From positions 3,009,361-3,073,360 of the forward strand of contig CM074805.1 in NCBI GenBank assembly GCA_037447605.1: a stretch of DNA of 64,000 bases, read 5' to 3'. Below the pieces are notes generated by a model. The model did not search any database. It saw only the letters and a program-made list of their open reading frames with translations, and was not told the DNA's origin. Shown here one piece after another: positions 52,082 to 64,000 of this stretch. Each line of letters begins with the position of its first letter. Position 1 is the first letter of the stretch. The position numbers and the translations under genes were made by a program. This DNA comes from Zygnema circumcarinatum SAG 698-1b. Its lineage: Eukaryota; Plantae; Zygnematophyceae.

Positions 52082-55000
52082 CTGGAGGAGGGTGATGAGC
52101 TTCGGATTCTGCTCCAAAAGCTCTTGCAACTTGCTTGGATCCCTCAACAGCTTCTGCAATATCCCCATTAACACGCCAGTTTCAGACAATGGAGGTACAC
52201 CGGATGTAAGCGACTTAGGAACGGAGAAGAAATACTACGAGACATGAGCAATGCCCAAGAGAAAAACGTCATGTCCAGCTTTCAAGTTCGAAAAAAAGCC
52301 TGATACTCTAGCCCGCATAAAAAAACACAAAACCCACTCAAAAAATGCATGGAAACAGGCTTTTGCAGCTCATAGCCAGTTGCCAGGAATGCAGCCAATA
52401 GGGAATAAATTGTGAAAAGGGTAGCACCTCGATAGCCTCCGGAGAAGTTCCGAAAAGAAGTTGAATCCCTGCAATGTTTTGCGGCTGCGGCTGCGCGAGC
52501 GGAGGAGTAACGGGAGGCCCTCCCGCGGGCCCGTGCATCGCCTGCGGAGGAGCACTTTGCATGGTCTGCTGCCCGGCAAACTGCTGCGGAGCAACTCCCA
52601 GGGTTGCTAGGGGCGGCCTTTGGGGCGGGCCCTGCAGGGCCGACCCCATTAGCTGCGGAGAGGAGGAGGGAGGGCGAAGCTGCTGCTGCTGCTGCTGCTG
52701 AAAGGGAGGTGCTACCTGGGGGGGGCGCATCTGCGAGGGGACCATCGCCTGAGGGGGGCTTTGCTGAGGAAGGCCGGGTTGGGAGAGCATCTGCGGGGGC
52801 ATCTGCTGGGAGAGGGCTTGAGGATGCATCTGGGGGTGCGGCATGGGCTGAGAAAGGGGCTGCTGGGGTGGCATTTGAGGGGGAACTTGAGGGGATGACA
52901 TCTGCTGGCCTGTAGCTTGAGAAGGCGGAATCTGCTGAGCTTGCCTTTGCGGGGGCACCTGTTGGGGCGGCATCTGCTTGGGAGCGACCTGCTGCGACGC
53001 TACTTGTTGCTGAAGTCCCATCTGCTGAGGAAGCATTTGTTGGGCCTGCATGTGTTGGGAATTCATCTGCGGAGGCATCTGTGTCTGCGGAAACTGCGGC
53101 TGCATTTGCTGCTGAAGGGAGGGCGGGCGGCTTGCAGGAGGCAGCCCGGGAGGCAGAGGCGGTGCCCCCGCAGGGAGAGGGGGGGGCCTTGCAGGAGGAT
53201 AGGGAGAAGCCCCCATGTGGGCCAATCCCATAGGCAGAATGCCCCCCCCCCCCGGGCGAGGGAGGCCGTACGCCTGCCCGCCCTGCATTGCAAAGGGGGG
53301 CCCTGCAGCTCTCGGTTGGCCCGCCCCTACCCCTCCTGGCAAAGGCAGGGCCATGCCTGCCGGCCACGAGGGAGAGATTTCGCTGAAAGATGGGTCCGAA
53401 CCCCCTTCTACAGGAAGGCGGGCCTGCCCCTGCATTTGCCATGGTGCGGGAGACCCGTTTGGAGGGCGAGTGTTGGGAGCAGATTGACCGGGAATCTTTG
53501 GAGGAGGAGGTGGAGGGAGGGTCTGTGGAACAAGAGGGGGGGGACTGCCAAGGATGGGATCTGGTAACCAGCCGCCAGGTCGTGGATGGGAGGGAGGGGG
53601 GGCGGGAGGAGGGAAAGGAAGGGCGCCTTGGGAAAGTTGTGCAGGCGAAGGCCAACTGCTTGAGGTTGGAGGCATTCCCCCTTCTGGGCGAGGTTGCCAT
53701 GCCGGCTGCTCAGGACCGGTGGGTCTGCTCAAAGGGGAGGAGACCCAATTTGGCCCGGGCGGCCCTCCTGACTGCTGCTGTAGCTGCTGGGGAGACTGCA
53801 TCTGATGGATGGATGGCATGGAAGGAGCAAGGAACTGCTGCTGATGCTGCTGTGGGGGTGGAGGGGGGAGTGGCGATTGCTGCTGTGAAAGAGGTTGCTG
53901 TTGCGGAGACTGGTGAGGTTGATGCTGCTGCATTTCATAGGTCGGCTGCAGCTGCTTCCCCTGACTCTGCTGCCCTTGCGATTGTGCCTCTGCCTCCGTC
54001 TGTGCACCAAAATGCTGCTGCTGCTGCTGCTGCAGACTGTGAGGGACAAATGGCTGCCCTTGCCAGGGCCCGGCAGGAGACATCCCTTGCTTTCCAGAAG
54101 GCTGCGCTAACCTTGGCGAGGAAGAGAACATTCCAGAAGGAAACTGTTCGTTGAGAGGCTCGGAAGGAGCGACATCCTTCCCTTGCGGATGTGCCTGCTC
54201 GTTTCCGGCTGGGGAGGTTCGCGATGATGTCGGAGAAGGTTCGACTCCGGGGGGGTGGAGAGTCTCTGCAGTAGCCTCACGCCCCGAGGGGGGAGCATCC
54301 ACCTCTGATCCTTTAACGTCTTGGGGAGGTCGTCTGCCATCGCCAGTTCCCATGTTTCCATTGCCTGCAGCGCCATGGAGGAGAGAGGGAGCAGCTTCAC
54401 CACTTGCTGTACTGCTGCTACGGACTAGATGAGCAGAGGGAGGCTGCGGGCTGGCCAAAGGCTGGCCAGAATTCTCCCCCCTTAATGAAGGTGGAAGCGC
54501 ACCTACAACCACAGGAGCAGGTCCCCCTGACTGCCGCTGGCGAGCCATGAACTCGTCCACGTGAATGGAGGGAGGCCTCCCACTCATCTGAGACGCGTCT
54601 CCCCCTCGTTCCCGAGCGACATAATCGTCGACATGCATGGATGCGGGTCGACTGCTGTTGGGCTTGCGAAGGCGGAAACTGTCTCTCCGAGTTGAACCTC
54701 CTGCTGCGGACCCTCCAAATGTCACCCCTGCTCCTTGGCGAGCAGCCAATGGGGCTTCAGGCAAAGCCTTGCCTCCCGCACCCCCAGGGTTTGGTTCAGC
54801 CTCAGTTCGCACCCGCTTGCTGTCATTCTCAAGAGAACTGCCACTGCGTTTTAGGGCTCCTTCAGCTCTCGCATCCTCACGAACAATCGGATGAAGAGGG
54901 GCAGTCGCACATTCCCATTCTGCTAGAGGTGACAAGCTCTGAGTCACGAGGTCGGCGTCATTACTATGAAGTCCCCTCCTCCCTGTAAGCGATGAAGTGA

Positions 55001-58000
55001 TCGCAGCAGGAAGGGGCTGCCGTCCTGGACGAGGCCGCAGGGCTGCCATCGCCCTCAGACGGTCTTCCACGGGTCGAGGAGGGGTTAAACTATCGACAAA
55101 CTCCTGAACCTTCTCAACAAGCTCTTTGGTGCTTGAAGGCGTTGCAGTCTTTAAGATATTCAGCAATGCTTGAGATGCTTGTGAAGCAGGAATCCATGTC
55201 TCTGACTGAAGGCTCAGCTTCTGCAGAGCATCGACCATCTGCAGTAGTACATGGCCTGTTTGGGCTGTCGTATCCAAAGGCCAAGCTGTGAGCCTGCAGA
55301 GTGCTTCTAGACCACAGAAGCTCTTGGTGAGCTCTAAAGCAACATGAATGGCTAATTCTGCACATCGCACCAACATTGAGTTCGTCTCTCCAACTTGGAG
55401 GCATGCTGTTAGTCTTGCCCAGAGGGCTTGTAAACTCGCCGATGGCACTTTTGTTTCAACTTTGTGATCCATGTTCTGGAAGCCCTGCTCCACTTTACTC
55501 ACTAGAGGCTCTTCTTTGTGTTCCTTGCTCTCCTCCATTCCCAATTCGATCTCTTCTCTCTTCACATGGTCTGCTGCCCGACTTTCCTGCAACTCTTCCT
55601 CGTCATCTGCCCTTCCATGTGGTGTAGCCGCGGTGTGTACGAGAGCTGCCTGGCCAGCCTTATGCTCAACCAGCCCTCCAAGTGCCTGCAAAGCAAAAAC
55701 TGTCTGCTCTCCAATTTCTACCTCCGCCAGGAAAGCGAGCAAGGCAGACGCTACAACGCAGCAGTCAGAAAACTCCGGTAATTTCTCTGATCCGGATTGA
55801 TCTTCAGATCGATTGGCCACATCCTGCATAAAACTTGACTTAGAACTGCAAAGATTTCGGATTGCCACGATGGCCCACTGCCTCTTCTCAGCATTAAGAG
55901 GCCCTTCTGCAGCCTTCGGCAAGTTCAGAAATTGCACCAGCAATGCGGGCACTCGCTCTTGTAATAGCAGCGCCTTCGGAACAGGATGTTGGGCGAGATC
56001 AGCAATCAAACGCACCACACAACCCACCCTCCCGTCCACGATACGTGATTCTCCTTTTGCTGAAACCTCTCCCTCCATTCCTGCGTCTTGCGTCTCGACA
56101 GCTCCTTCTCCGACAGAGACGACCCCCACCCCTTGCATCTCCTTATCACGTTGATTCCTGGATGGATTAAGAATAGAGACGGGCATCTCTTCCTCAATAA
56201 GCCCCTGCAGCCCCTCCAAAAGCCCTCCTACCAAGGCAGCTCCCACCTCCCCACTCCCACTCGCTGCCCGGGCCATCAGCCTCTCTGCGCTGCGACGCTG
56301 CCTCTCACAGCCGCCGGCCGCCGCACGCACAAGGAGACGCGTCAAAGGGGTTGTATGCAGCAGCAACACGCGGGTCAACCGCTCCATCTGTACGGATGAT
56401 GGCTGAGGGCGGGCAAGAGCGGTAGCGGAGATGGAGCCGACGACTTCTACTGCCGCCACTGCGGGGGAGCAGTCTCGAAGCAGCCCTTGCGGGCCAATTC
56501 TCGCGGGTGGGGGGCACTCGTCTGGGAGCATATCCGAAAGCAGAGAGAGAGCACCACAGGCTTCAGCGGGTGATAATAGGGGTAGCTGCATCTGGTCAGG
56601 AGTAACACTGGGGAGGCCGAGAAGTCGTGGAAGCAAAGGAGGGTGCAGACCATCCACGGGCCAGCAAGCAAGCACCGTTGCTAGCACCTGCCGAACAGCC
56701 AGTATTCCTACACTCCTTTCACTTGAGTTCAAATCGACCTCCGTGTAGAAGGTAGCCCTGTGGCTGAGCGCCTTCTGCAACTCCAAAAGGCCCTCCAGCA
56801 GTTTGGTATTCCTGTATGTTCCCGATGCAGCTTGCAGACGGCGCAGCAAGGTGAGCAGAAGCAACAGTGCAGGCACTAATAGATCTGACACCTGTCTTTC
56901 TGTCTGCTTCTCTGCCAGTTCCTTCTCAACACCCCCCTCCCTGACAGATAGAGTTATCAAATGCAGAGCTGTTGCAGAATGCTTGACAACTTGCTGGATG
57001 ACTCCCATGGCCCCGTTTGCATACAGCGCACCAGGCACTGCCACGTGCCAGCAGAGGGCAGCCATAGTCCTTAATGCCACAGTCAGCTGCACCGCTGCAG
57101 CATTTGCATAGGGCGAGTATCCAACCCCACTGTTACCCCCCAACCGCTCCCCCCCTGCAAACCCACCATTCCCATCTGCCGCGTCCTCTGAGGACGGCTT
57201 CTCCAAACTTTCCGCCAAACCCTCTGCCAGTCGCAGAAGCCCCCCCAAACCCTCCCGTTGGTACACAGCCATTGGCTCTGCGAGAGTCCTCACACGTGCG
57301 AGAGAGGACTCTGGGCCGGTGGCTCTCAAGCCCGCCCCCGAAGGGGCCGCCAAGGACTCTCCGACTGCCAGCTGTACGGCGGCCGCGTGTGGGGCCCACC
57401 GTGCCAGCGAGGCGGGCCAGGTGTCGGCGAGCAGGGCCTCCAGGATCTGCGCCGCGTGGTGCGCGTAAACCCACTTGGAGGCTGTGCCGCGAGCCGGCCC
57501 GGAGCCGGCTGCCTGCACCACCCGGTCTATGACGGAGGGAATTTGGGCAACTGTCACAACGGCCCATCGAGAGACGTCTTCCCTTGCTAACAGGGCCAAT
57601 TGCCAGAAGGATAGCAACCTTTCTTCGGAAGCAGGATCAGAGGAAAGGAGAGCATCGGCTCCACTAACAGCCATCATGGCATGCTTCAGGAGTGTGGCGA
57701 GTTGCTGAGGATGGCAGAGTAGGCCAACGGAATCGAATGCAGCAGCCCTCTTTAAGGACAGCGGTTGGTTGTAGGGTTCCCGTTCTCCTGACTCGCGTTT
57801 AGGTGTATGAGGACTCCCTCCAAGAGCGGCTATCATTAATTTTGTGGCCTCTATGTCCTCCGTAAATAGCAGGAGCCCGACGGGATCAGAGAGGAGGAGG
57901 AGCATAAGTGACTGCAGGCTGTATAAGAGACGATTCACCTCTGCTCGACTACGCAACCAGGGCAGGACGAGCAAAGCTGCCAAAAGGGCGACAATGCGCT

Positions 58001-61000
58001 GCTCCATAAGCATTGCCAGTACCGTCAGGTCCAAATCTTGAACAGCAGATGCTCCTCCAGACGCACAATATGAGGCTTTCACTGGCAGTATCTTCTCTCC
58101 CTCGTCATCACCATTCTCTGCCAGAGGATCTGAACAAAGCCATTGTGCAGCTGACAATGCAGGTGGCCAGTCTTCTTCTGCCATGCGAGGAGCTGACAAT
58201 AGGGACTCGAACTGAGTCATAAGCTCTGCTATCTTTTTCACAATCTGCGGACCCTTCTCTGGCATCTTGAATGGGTCAGCGAGAAGACTCTCACTTGCTG
58301 CTTGCAGTCTTGCAGATACTTCAAATGCACGGAGCCTTCGCAACAGTCTTGCCGCCCCAAAACTGACCTTCTTCTGCGAAGCAGACTGAAGAAGCAATGC
58401 CAACAAGGCCCCATATCCTGCACTCGCCCCCCCCTCCCCTCCCTCCCCCCCCCCCTCCTTCCCCGGCCACCATCCGAGCAACGCGTGGTTTGCGCAGGCA
58501 TGCGCGCTCGCAGTCTCCACCGCCAGTAGGGCGCGCTCCCGCACGTGCGAGGCGCCCCCCCAGGGCCGCCTTAGGGCAGTGGCCAGCAAGCTCATCCCTC
58601 CCGCGCGGGCAAAAAGAAAGCAGCGGCGAGCATCCCTGCAGATCACTTCTGTTGCCGCCATAGTCCCGAGGACGACTTCCAGCTGCAGGGGTGCCCTTAG
58701 CCCACCCCCGGGCCGGTTCAGCATCAGGTTTTACAGCTAGCTACATTGCCATGTACGTCATTTTTCTCTTATCTAGGTGACTGTAAGTGAATGCTAGGTT
58801 TGGTCGTGAGTGAGCGGAGGTTCATCCCACCTGGGGTAAGTTGGCATCGACACGCAACACTTCATGAAGCCACATAAGGACCATCGCAACTTCGTCGTTT
58901 TCCTGTGCTTCCTGCTCGTCAGCCGCCTGCGTGTTTGGCCCCATGTAGCCACTCTCCCTAATTCCAACTTTACGACTTTCTGTGACATTGCTCTGCGCTT
59001 GTACAGCCCGCATTCCCCCCCCTCTGGCAATGGCTGCCAGCTTTAGGGCGTGCACTTGCATGTCGCTGCAAGTCGCACCTGAAGCCCTCCAGTCTTGCGC
59101 AGCGCGTCGCAATGCTGATCTGCCTTCTTCATAAAAGCGCTCTTCCATCACTATCTCCCCTCTCCCTTCTAAACAGCGTTTAAAGCTAAGGCTAAGGAGG
59201 GGTCCCTTGACATCCAGCAAACAATCCTTCTCCTCGCGAAAAGGTTTTGGAAGGCTCTCGGGTGGTATCCCTCCAAGAGCTGCGACTCTTGAAAGAGTTT
59301 CGATGGGCCCTCGACAACTGCTGCCGAGCTCTGTCTTAAGAGTATCCTTTTCAGCTCGAGCTCCATAGATCACTATTGAAAGTATACAGTAACCCCCTCG
59401 AAAGATTATATGGTCAGTAAGTCTCCCCTGCCAAAGTTGAAGGGATGACATGAACAAAGAACAATTCGTCAATTTTGAGCGTCATGAAAACTCTTGCTTG
59501 TTTCGGATGCAAATGCCAAAATAAAGAGGACGAAAGACATGAGTACAGTGGATGCGAGCTAACCAAGCACCCTTTGTTGACTCAAATGCAATGCCCTCGT
59601 TTGTGCTATGATGGAATGTCAAAGATGGGATAGCCATAATGACATGACTTTAACAGTAAAACATGAAAAATTCCACCAATCAGTACAATAAAGTCGCACA
59701 TTTCTTCGCAGTGATTACAGTTTTCGGTGGAATGGCAGAGCGTGGAGGGCTGGTGTATCAAAATAGACTTTAATAACTCTGAAGAGCCCAAGTTTTATCA
59801 TTATTTTCGCTTTATAACTACATCTGTACTTCACGGGTACCTATTTCCTTTTTGCTGACATCCACCAATGGTTATCTTCTTTAGTCCTATCCTCATATGC
59901 CCAGTGCATTTCTTCGATTATGTACATGATGCGCCTTTTGTTTCAAAACAACTTAGGGATCTGACTACAAGGCAACACCTGTCTAGTAATCCCTAAATAT
60001 GGCGTTCTATAATTAAAATACCCAGCAATGGTAAGATGGCTTACCCCCAAATCCAATATACAGGTGCCATCCTCCACATATTCATGGGGCCCGAAGGCTT
60101 TCTCAAACCGATCCCCTGCTCGTCGCAAGTTATGTGCGAACACCTCAATAGCGAATGAAGAAGGGCCAGTTGCCCTGCATTCAACAACGCCACAGAAAAG
60201 CTGATAACCAGCCCTACCTCAATCTAACCATGGCTGCCATCTTCCTCGATTTCATTGCATTAGCCACAGCCTCTGGGCCTGAAAAATAGGTGCGGAGTTC
60301 ACACAATGAACTGTCAGTTCACACAGGAAGTTCCTTATGCTGTTCATACGCGTTTCACTGGCATGAACCTCGATACGATAGAGTAAACTGAGACTCCAGC
60401 ACACTCTTGGAGCACACTTAGTTGCACCGATTACGAGACAGCTCGTGATCAATCTTGAAAAGATGAAAGTTGAGAAACGACTGCAGTTAAGTCGTCTAAT
60501 TCTAATTACGATAGAACGGTTTCAATCAAATTCTGTTTCATTTCTACTTTGTGCTTGCAGGAACCACCCCCCATTAGACTGAGCTTTGCTAGTAACTTCC
60601 AGTCGATATAGCAGCAAGTTCCAGCTTAGCATATGTCAGCTATAGTCGTACGTGTTAAGATAACTTTCCGTATCTGCCTTAAAATTTTAGGGAAACCATA
60701 AGGAGATAATAGATGCATAGGTGTGGTTCAACAAGGCGATCATTATATCGCATACCCTTTAAATTGTACAAGTGAGGGATGAGGATTCTGCTGTCGGCCC
60801 ACAATACGAAAAGCCTGCACGTACACCGCGCAATCAAAGCGCACCTGCGATCCCTCAAAGCCCCCCTCCCCATCCTTCAAGTCTCACAAAACTGGAAAAA
60901 ATATCAAGGACGACCAGATGAGATGATTTTTTTGACACCAACGAGCTACTGTAGGTCAGGCTCGTAAGGTTTCTTGAGAACTTCAGCATGTCCTAAGGAG

Positions 61001-61203
61001 AAAAATAGACGCAGCAGAATGCCATATCTTCGGGTTTAGAGATGCTATGCTCATCTTCAAAAGTTCTAAATCCCAAGTTCTTTACTTCCTTAAAGTTAGA
61101 GCTAGGGGGGAAGGTATAGTCAGCTGTTCCTGGTAGGCCCTACCTCGTCGACATTATCCCCAGCTCGTTCATGCTGGAATGTTTCGCAGAGGAGAATATC
61201 CAT
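52082..61203 (-). CDS. VIR: VIRILIZER/VIRMA (KIAA1429) m6A writer complex subunit; terminal exon below 52082 not resolved
   Basis: VIR_N exons MDILLCETFQHERAGDNVDE / VRFDCAVYVQAFRIVG / IEVFAHNLRRAGDRFEK / LTDHIIFRGGYCILSIVIYG. Motifs RRDSFRLRKPNSSRPASMHVDDYVARER and RPPSIHVDEFMARQR. Tail TSPEAIE / KLLRDPSKLQELLEQNPKLITLLQ. Confidence 0.93.
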
Positions 61204-62246
61204 CGCCGAGTGGATGTGAATGTGGATGTGAATTATCAAACAAGTACCTTAGCTCCGCATCTTGCTTTCCCGCAGCCTCCCAGTACGTATGTTTTAATTA
61301 ATGTGCTTACTGCGACGCAGAACATTTTTTTTCCGCCAAGCTTGAGCAACCCTAATGCAGAGAGCTGAACGTCAGTGGAGCCCTCTACTGTAGAGAGGGA
61401 AAGCCTGAACGGAGTTCCTTGAGGTACCCGCAACGGGCGCTTCTATGATGAAGCCAGTTCGAACTGTCCGCGTCCTTCAACTCATAGAACATCTGGGAGG
61501 GCTACGAAAGGGCTTCACGCTTGTGAAGGGTGGAACCTCTCCGTTCTTGTGTACTGTAGATATTGCCATTTCGCAGTTCCATTTCTTTTTTAGAGCACCA
61601 TTGAACGACCGTAGAATTGAAGCAAGCGGCAACTTACTTTTATTGAAGAAAACCGACTTCTATAAGAACTTAAGAGTTCATTCTTCAAGGCCACGACAAC
61701 TCGAAAAGGTGAAAAGGGGAATCATGTTCACCAACTCAGACTCTTGTACAACTGTCCAAACTTCGCACACAGCTTTTTTCAGGATGTTGGTGTATGTGGT
61801 TGCGCAAACACGGGTCAGTTTTCTTTAAACCACAGCCGCCGTGTTCGAGAGAAGGTCTGCAAATGTTGACACCACCACCGTTCCTATGCACAATGTGCTT
61901 CCACCCCTCCAAGTTGTCCCCTACATATGGACTCTACAGTGTTTCATCGTCAATGGTTTAATCCCGCGCAGCATTGTCGGCACAATCACTGCTTGAAAGG
62001 CCACAATGGAGACTGATTACGATCTCATTGCAACCACACATTGGCTCAGTCAGACCCCTCCCAACTGCAGTAGAAGAACTGCTGGGGCCTTCACTCAGGG
62101 AGTCGTGAAAAGAAGATTGACATCCGAACAAAAGTGCTAAGACTAGAAGTAGAGACCTCCTTGTGGATGATGTTGTTGTGATTGACCTTTACAACTATTA
62201 GTTCGAAACCTTACAAGAAAATCCTGAGACCCGCCTCCCACTGACA

Positions 62247-64000
62247 CTACTTTGTCTTCCCGCCTCTCCCTTGCCGACCTCTACCACCTCCCCCTCTACC
62301 TCCGCCCCCCCTCCGTCCCCCTCTACCCCTTTGGGTAGTCGCGGCTTCTGGCTCTCGAGTAACACGAGACTCCTTAGAACTGTTATCTCCGACAAGCCCT
62401 GCAATGGCCCACACCACATCTTTATGGATTAGTGGAAGCTGCTGCATGATCAGCAGAAACTGGTCAGAACCTGAGGCTGAACCTGTTCATGCAGTCTGAC
62501 CACTTGCACTCAAACTGTAATACAAATGCAAGTGCAAGTGCACCCAAACTATTAGTTTCACTAATCGCAAGGAACAGCAAAATGCATCAGCATTAGGCAA
62601 AGGAAGGCAAGTCACCTGAGCCATCATTAGCAGAAGCTTCTGGCCCAGAAATCCAGAAGAACACATCCATTTACAATGTCAGCTCGCAATTCTTTCGCTT
62701 CTCTGCTGTACCGTTGAGGCATTAAAAAAAGACGAAGAAAACACCCAGCAATCAAAGTCTATGCAAGACATTTTAAGTGCGACCTCACCTTCCAAGTCTG
62801 CATCTTCCTCTTCTTCCTCTTCAGCAACTTCCTCTGCAGCCCAACAATGTTGTCACTCACCCATCTTCAGCGACTGCTGCAACAGGTGATGATGCATAGT
62901 TGAGAGCTGCTTGCCACACAGAAATTGATGCAAGGCGTTCGGTCCCAAGGAAGAGGGCTCACCTTCGATGGCTACAGGCACGTCCGCATCCGCCATGTTG
63001 CTTGCATCAAAGCCACCAATGGCCTTCTTCTTGGCTGCCTTCTTCTGCCGCATCCCGGGAACTTCCGGCAGGAGATCAGCAGCCTTCACTCTGCCCTCAT
63101 GTTTGCGGAAAGTTCGCGTCAATTGGCTCTTCACTGCGGGGGGGATGCTCGCATATGCGTCCGGCATGCCCTGCCCATAGAACAAGCAAGAGCTCTGCTT
63201 GAGAAGAAAGCACCGACCAGAGGAATTTGACATACCAGATATCGATGTTCAATGAAGGACTGACAACTTTTTGCACATTTTCTTCGCTCCTCTCCGAGAG
63301 TATAGGTGGGTGGGGGCTCAAAGTGCCGTGTTCAAATGCTGGAAATGATGTTATAAGGAGGAGCTACAACTCGCAGGAATGGAGGCTGCACGATGTTCAC
63401 CTTAAAGGTAGTAATTGCGAACGCAGTCTCGAGGTCCTCGGTGGTGAGAGAATATGCCACCAGAAGGTCCGCTGCCTCGTCCACTGCCTTGTCCTGCAGA
63501 GAAACCGTCCAAGAATTCAACGATCGTATTAGCTTGTGAAGATAAATCTCAGTGTGCTGAAGCAAACTGGATCAAGAAGATTCAGCTAAGTGTTTCAAAA
63601 CAAGAGTCGCTAGATGGAAGGGGCCAAAAAGCAGCTACAACAGTTTAGAGGGAGAAAACTGGGCTTGCTTTGAGAGCCGCAACAATTCGCTCTGTCAGGA
63701 TTGGTAGGTAGTCTAACCGAACGCCGAACCTGATATGAACAAATCCAAACAACGTGGAGAAGCCACGTGTGAGCCTTATGATCATGTCAAACTGAAGCAC
63801 AACAGCTTCACCAGAAAGAAACAATAGTCGTTCCATCCTTTGTAACTGACCTCGTTGGTTCCGATATCCTGGAAGCGAGCATGTGGGAGTGCAGGCTATC
63901 CAGCAAACGCGTGTTCTTTCCTGCAGTCGAATTCTTCCCGAGCCATCCTGGAAACCGGTTGAAGTTCATCTCTCCCTGGCCACCATGGCGGACAGAAAAA
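62247..64000 (-). CDS. RFC1: Replication factor C subunit 1, 3' part (5' end outside window)
   Basis: REMNFNRFPGWLGKNSTAGKNTRLLDSLHSHMLAS, RLDYLPIL, KAVDEAADLLVAYSLTTEDL, IPPAVKSQLTRTF...VKAADLLP, an acidic exon, and an RG-rich tail ending RGGKTK* match the plant RFC1 C-terminus. Confidence 0.93.

Noticed and set aside
52282-54154. Long alternative-frame and antisense ORFs (472 aa, 254 aa and others) over VIR
   Set aside because: Shadows of GC-rich low-complexity coding sequence; the VIR frame carries the conserved motifs.
1367-64000. Functional clustering of ORC6, RFC1, MED14, VIR and the HMG gene
   Set aside because: Unrelated pathways, widely spaced, and on mixed strands; this is ordinary housekeeping neighbourhood with no evidence of co-regulation.

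Overview
Gene-dense, intron-rich, roughly 50% GC eukaryotic nuclear DNA. The proteins are closest to land-plant families, so this is most likely a streptophyte alga or bryophyte-grade plant (inference). Recognisable spliced genes: ORC6 (+), a DUF1639 protein (+), MED14 (+), an HMG-box protein (-), ALF4/glomulin (+), a small single-PQ-loop SemiSWEET-like transporter (+), VIRILIZER/VIRMA (-), and the 3' part of RFC1 (-). There is also one unidentified multi-exon gene and one ambiguous ORF. The intergenic DNA holds a Tc1/mariner-type MITE, two hAT-like non-autonomous elements, a large foldback-like inverted repeat, and a degenerate CRE-clade non-LTR retrotransposon. Four observations stand out. 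(1) An intron-containing eukaryotic half-transporter of bacterial SemiSWEET design, whose ORF tail comes from a repeat arm. (2) A CRE element with a Ty3/gypsy chromodomain fragment at its 5' end, with both parts inside one 14-bp target-site duplication. (3) An 82-nt structured 3'-terminal motif present in five dispersed, diverged copies whose hairpin stems are conserved. (4) A 1428-bp tandem copy between N gaps that is probably an assembly artefact. All exon boundaries were read by eye.
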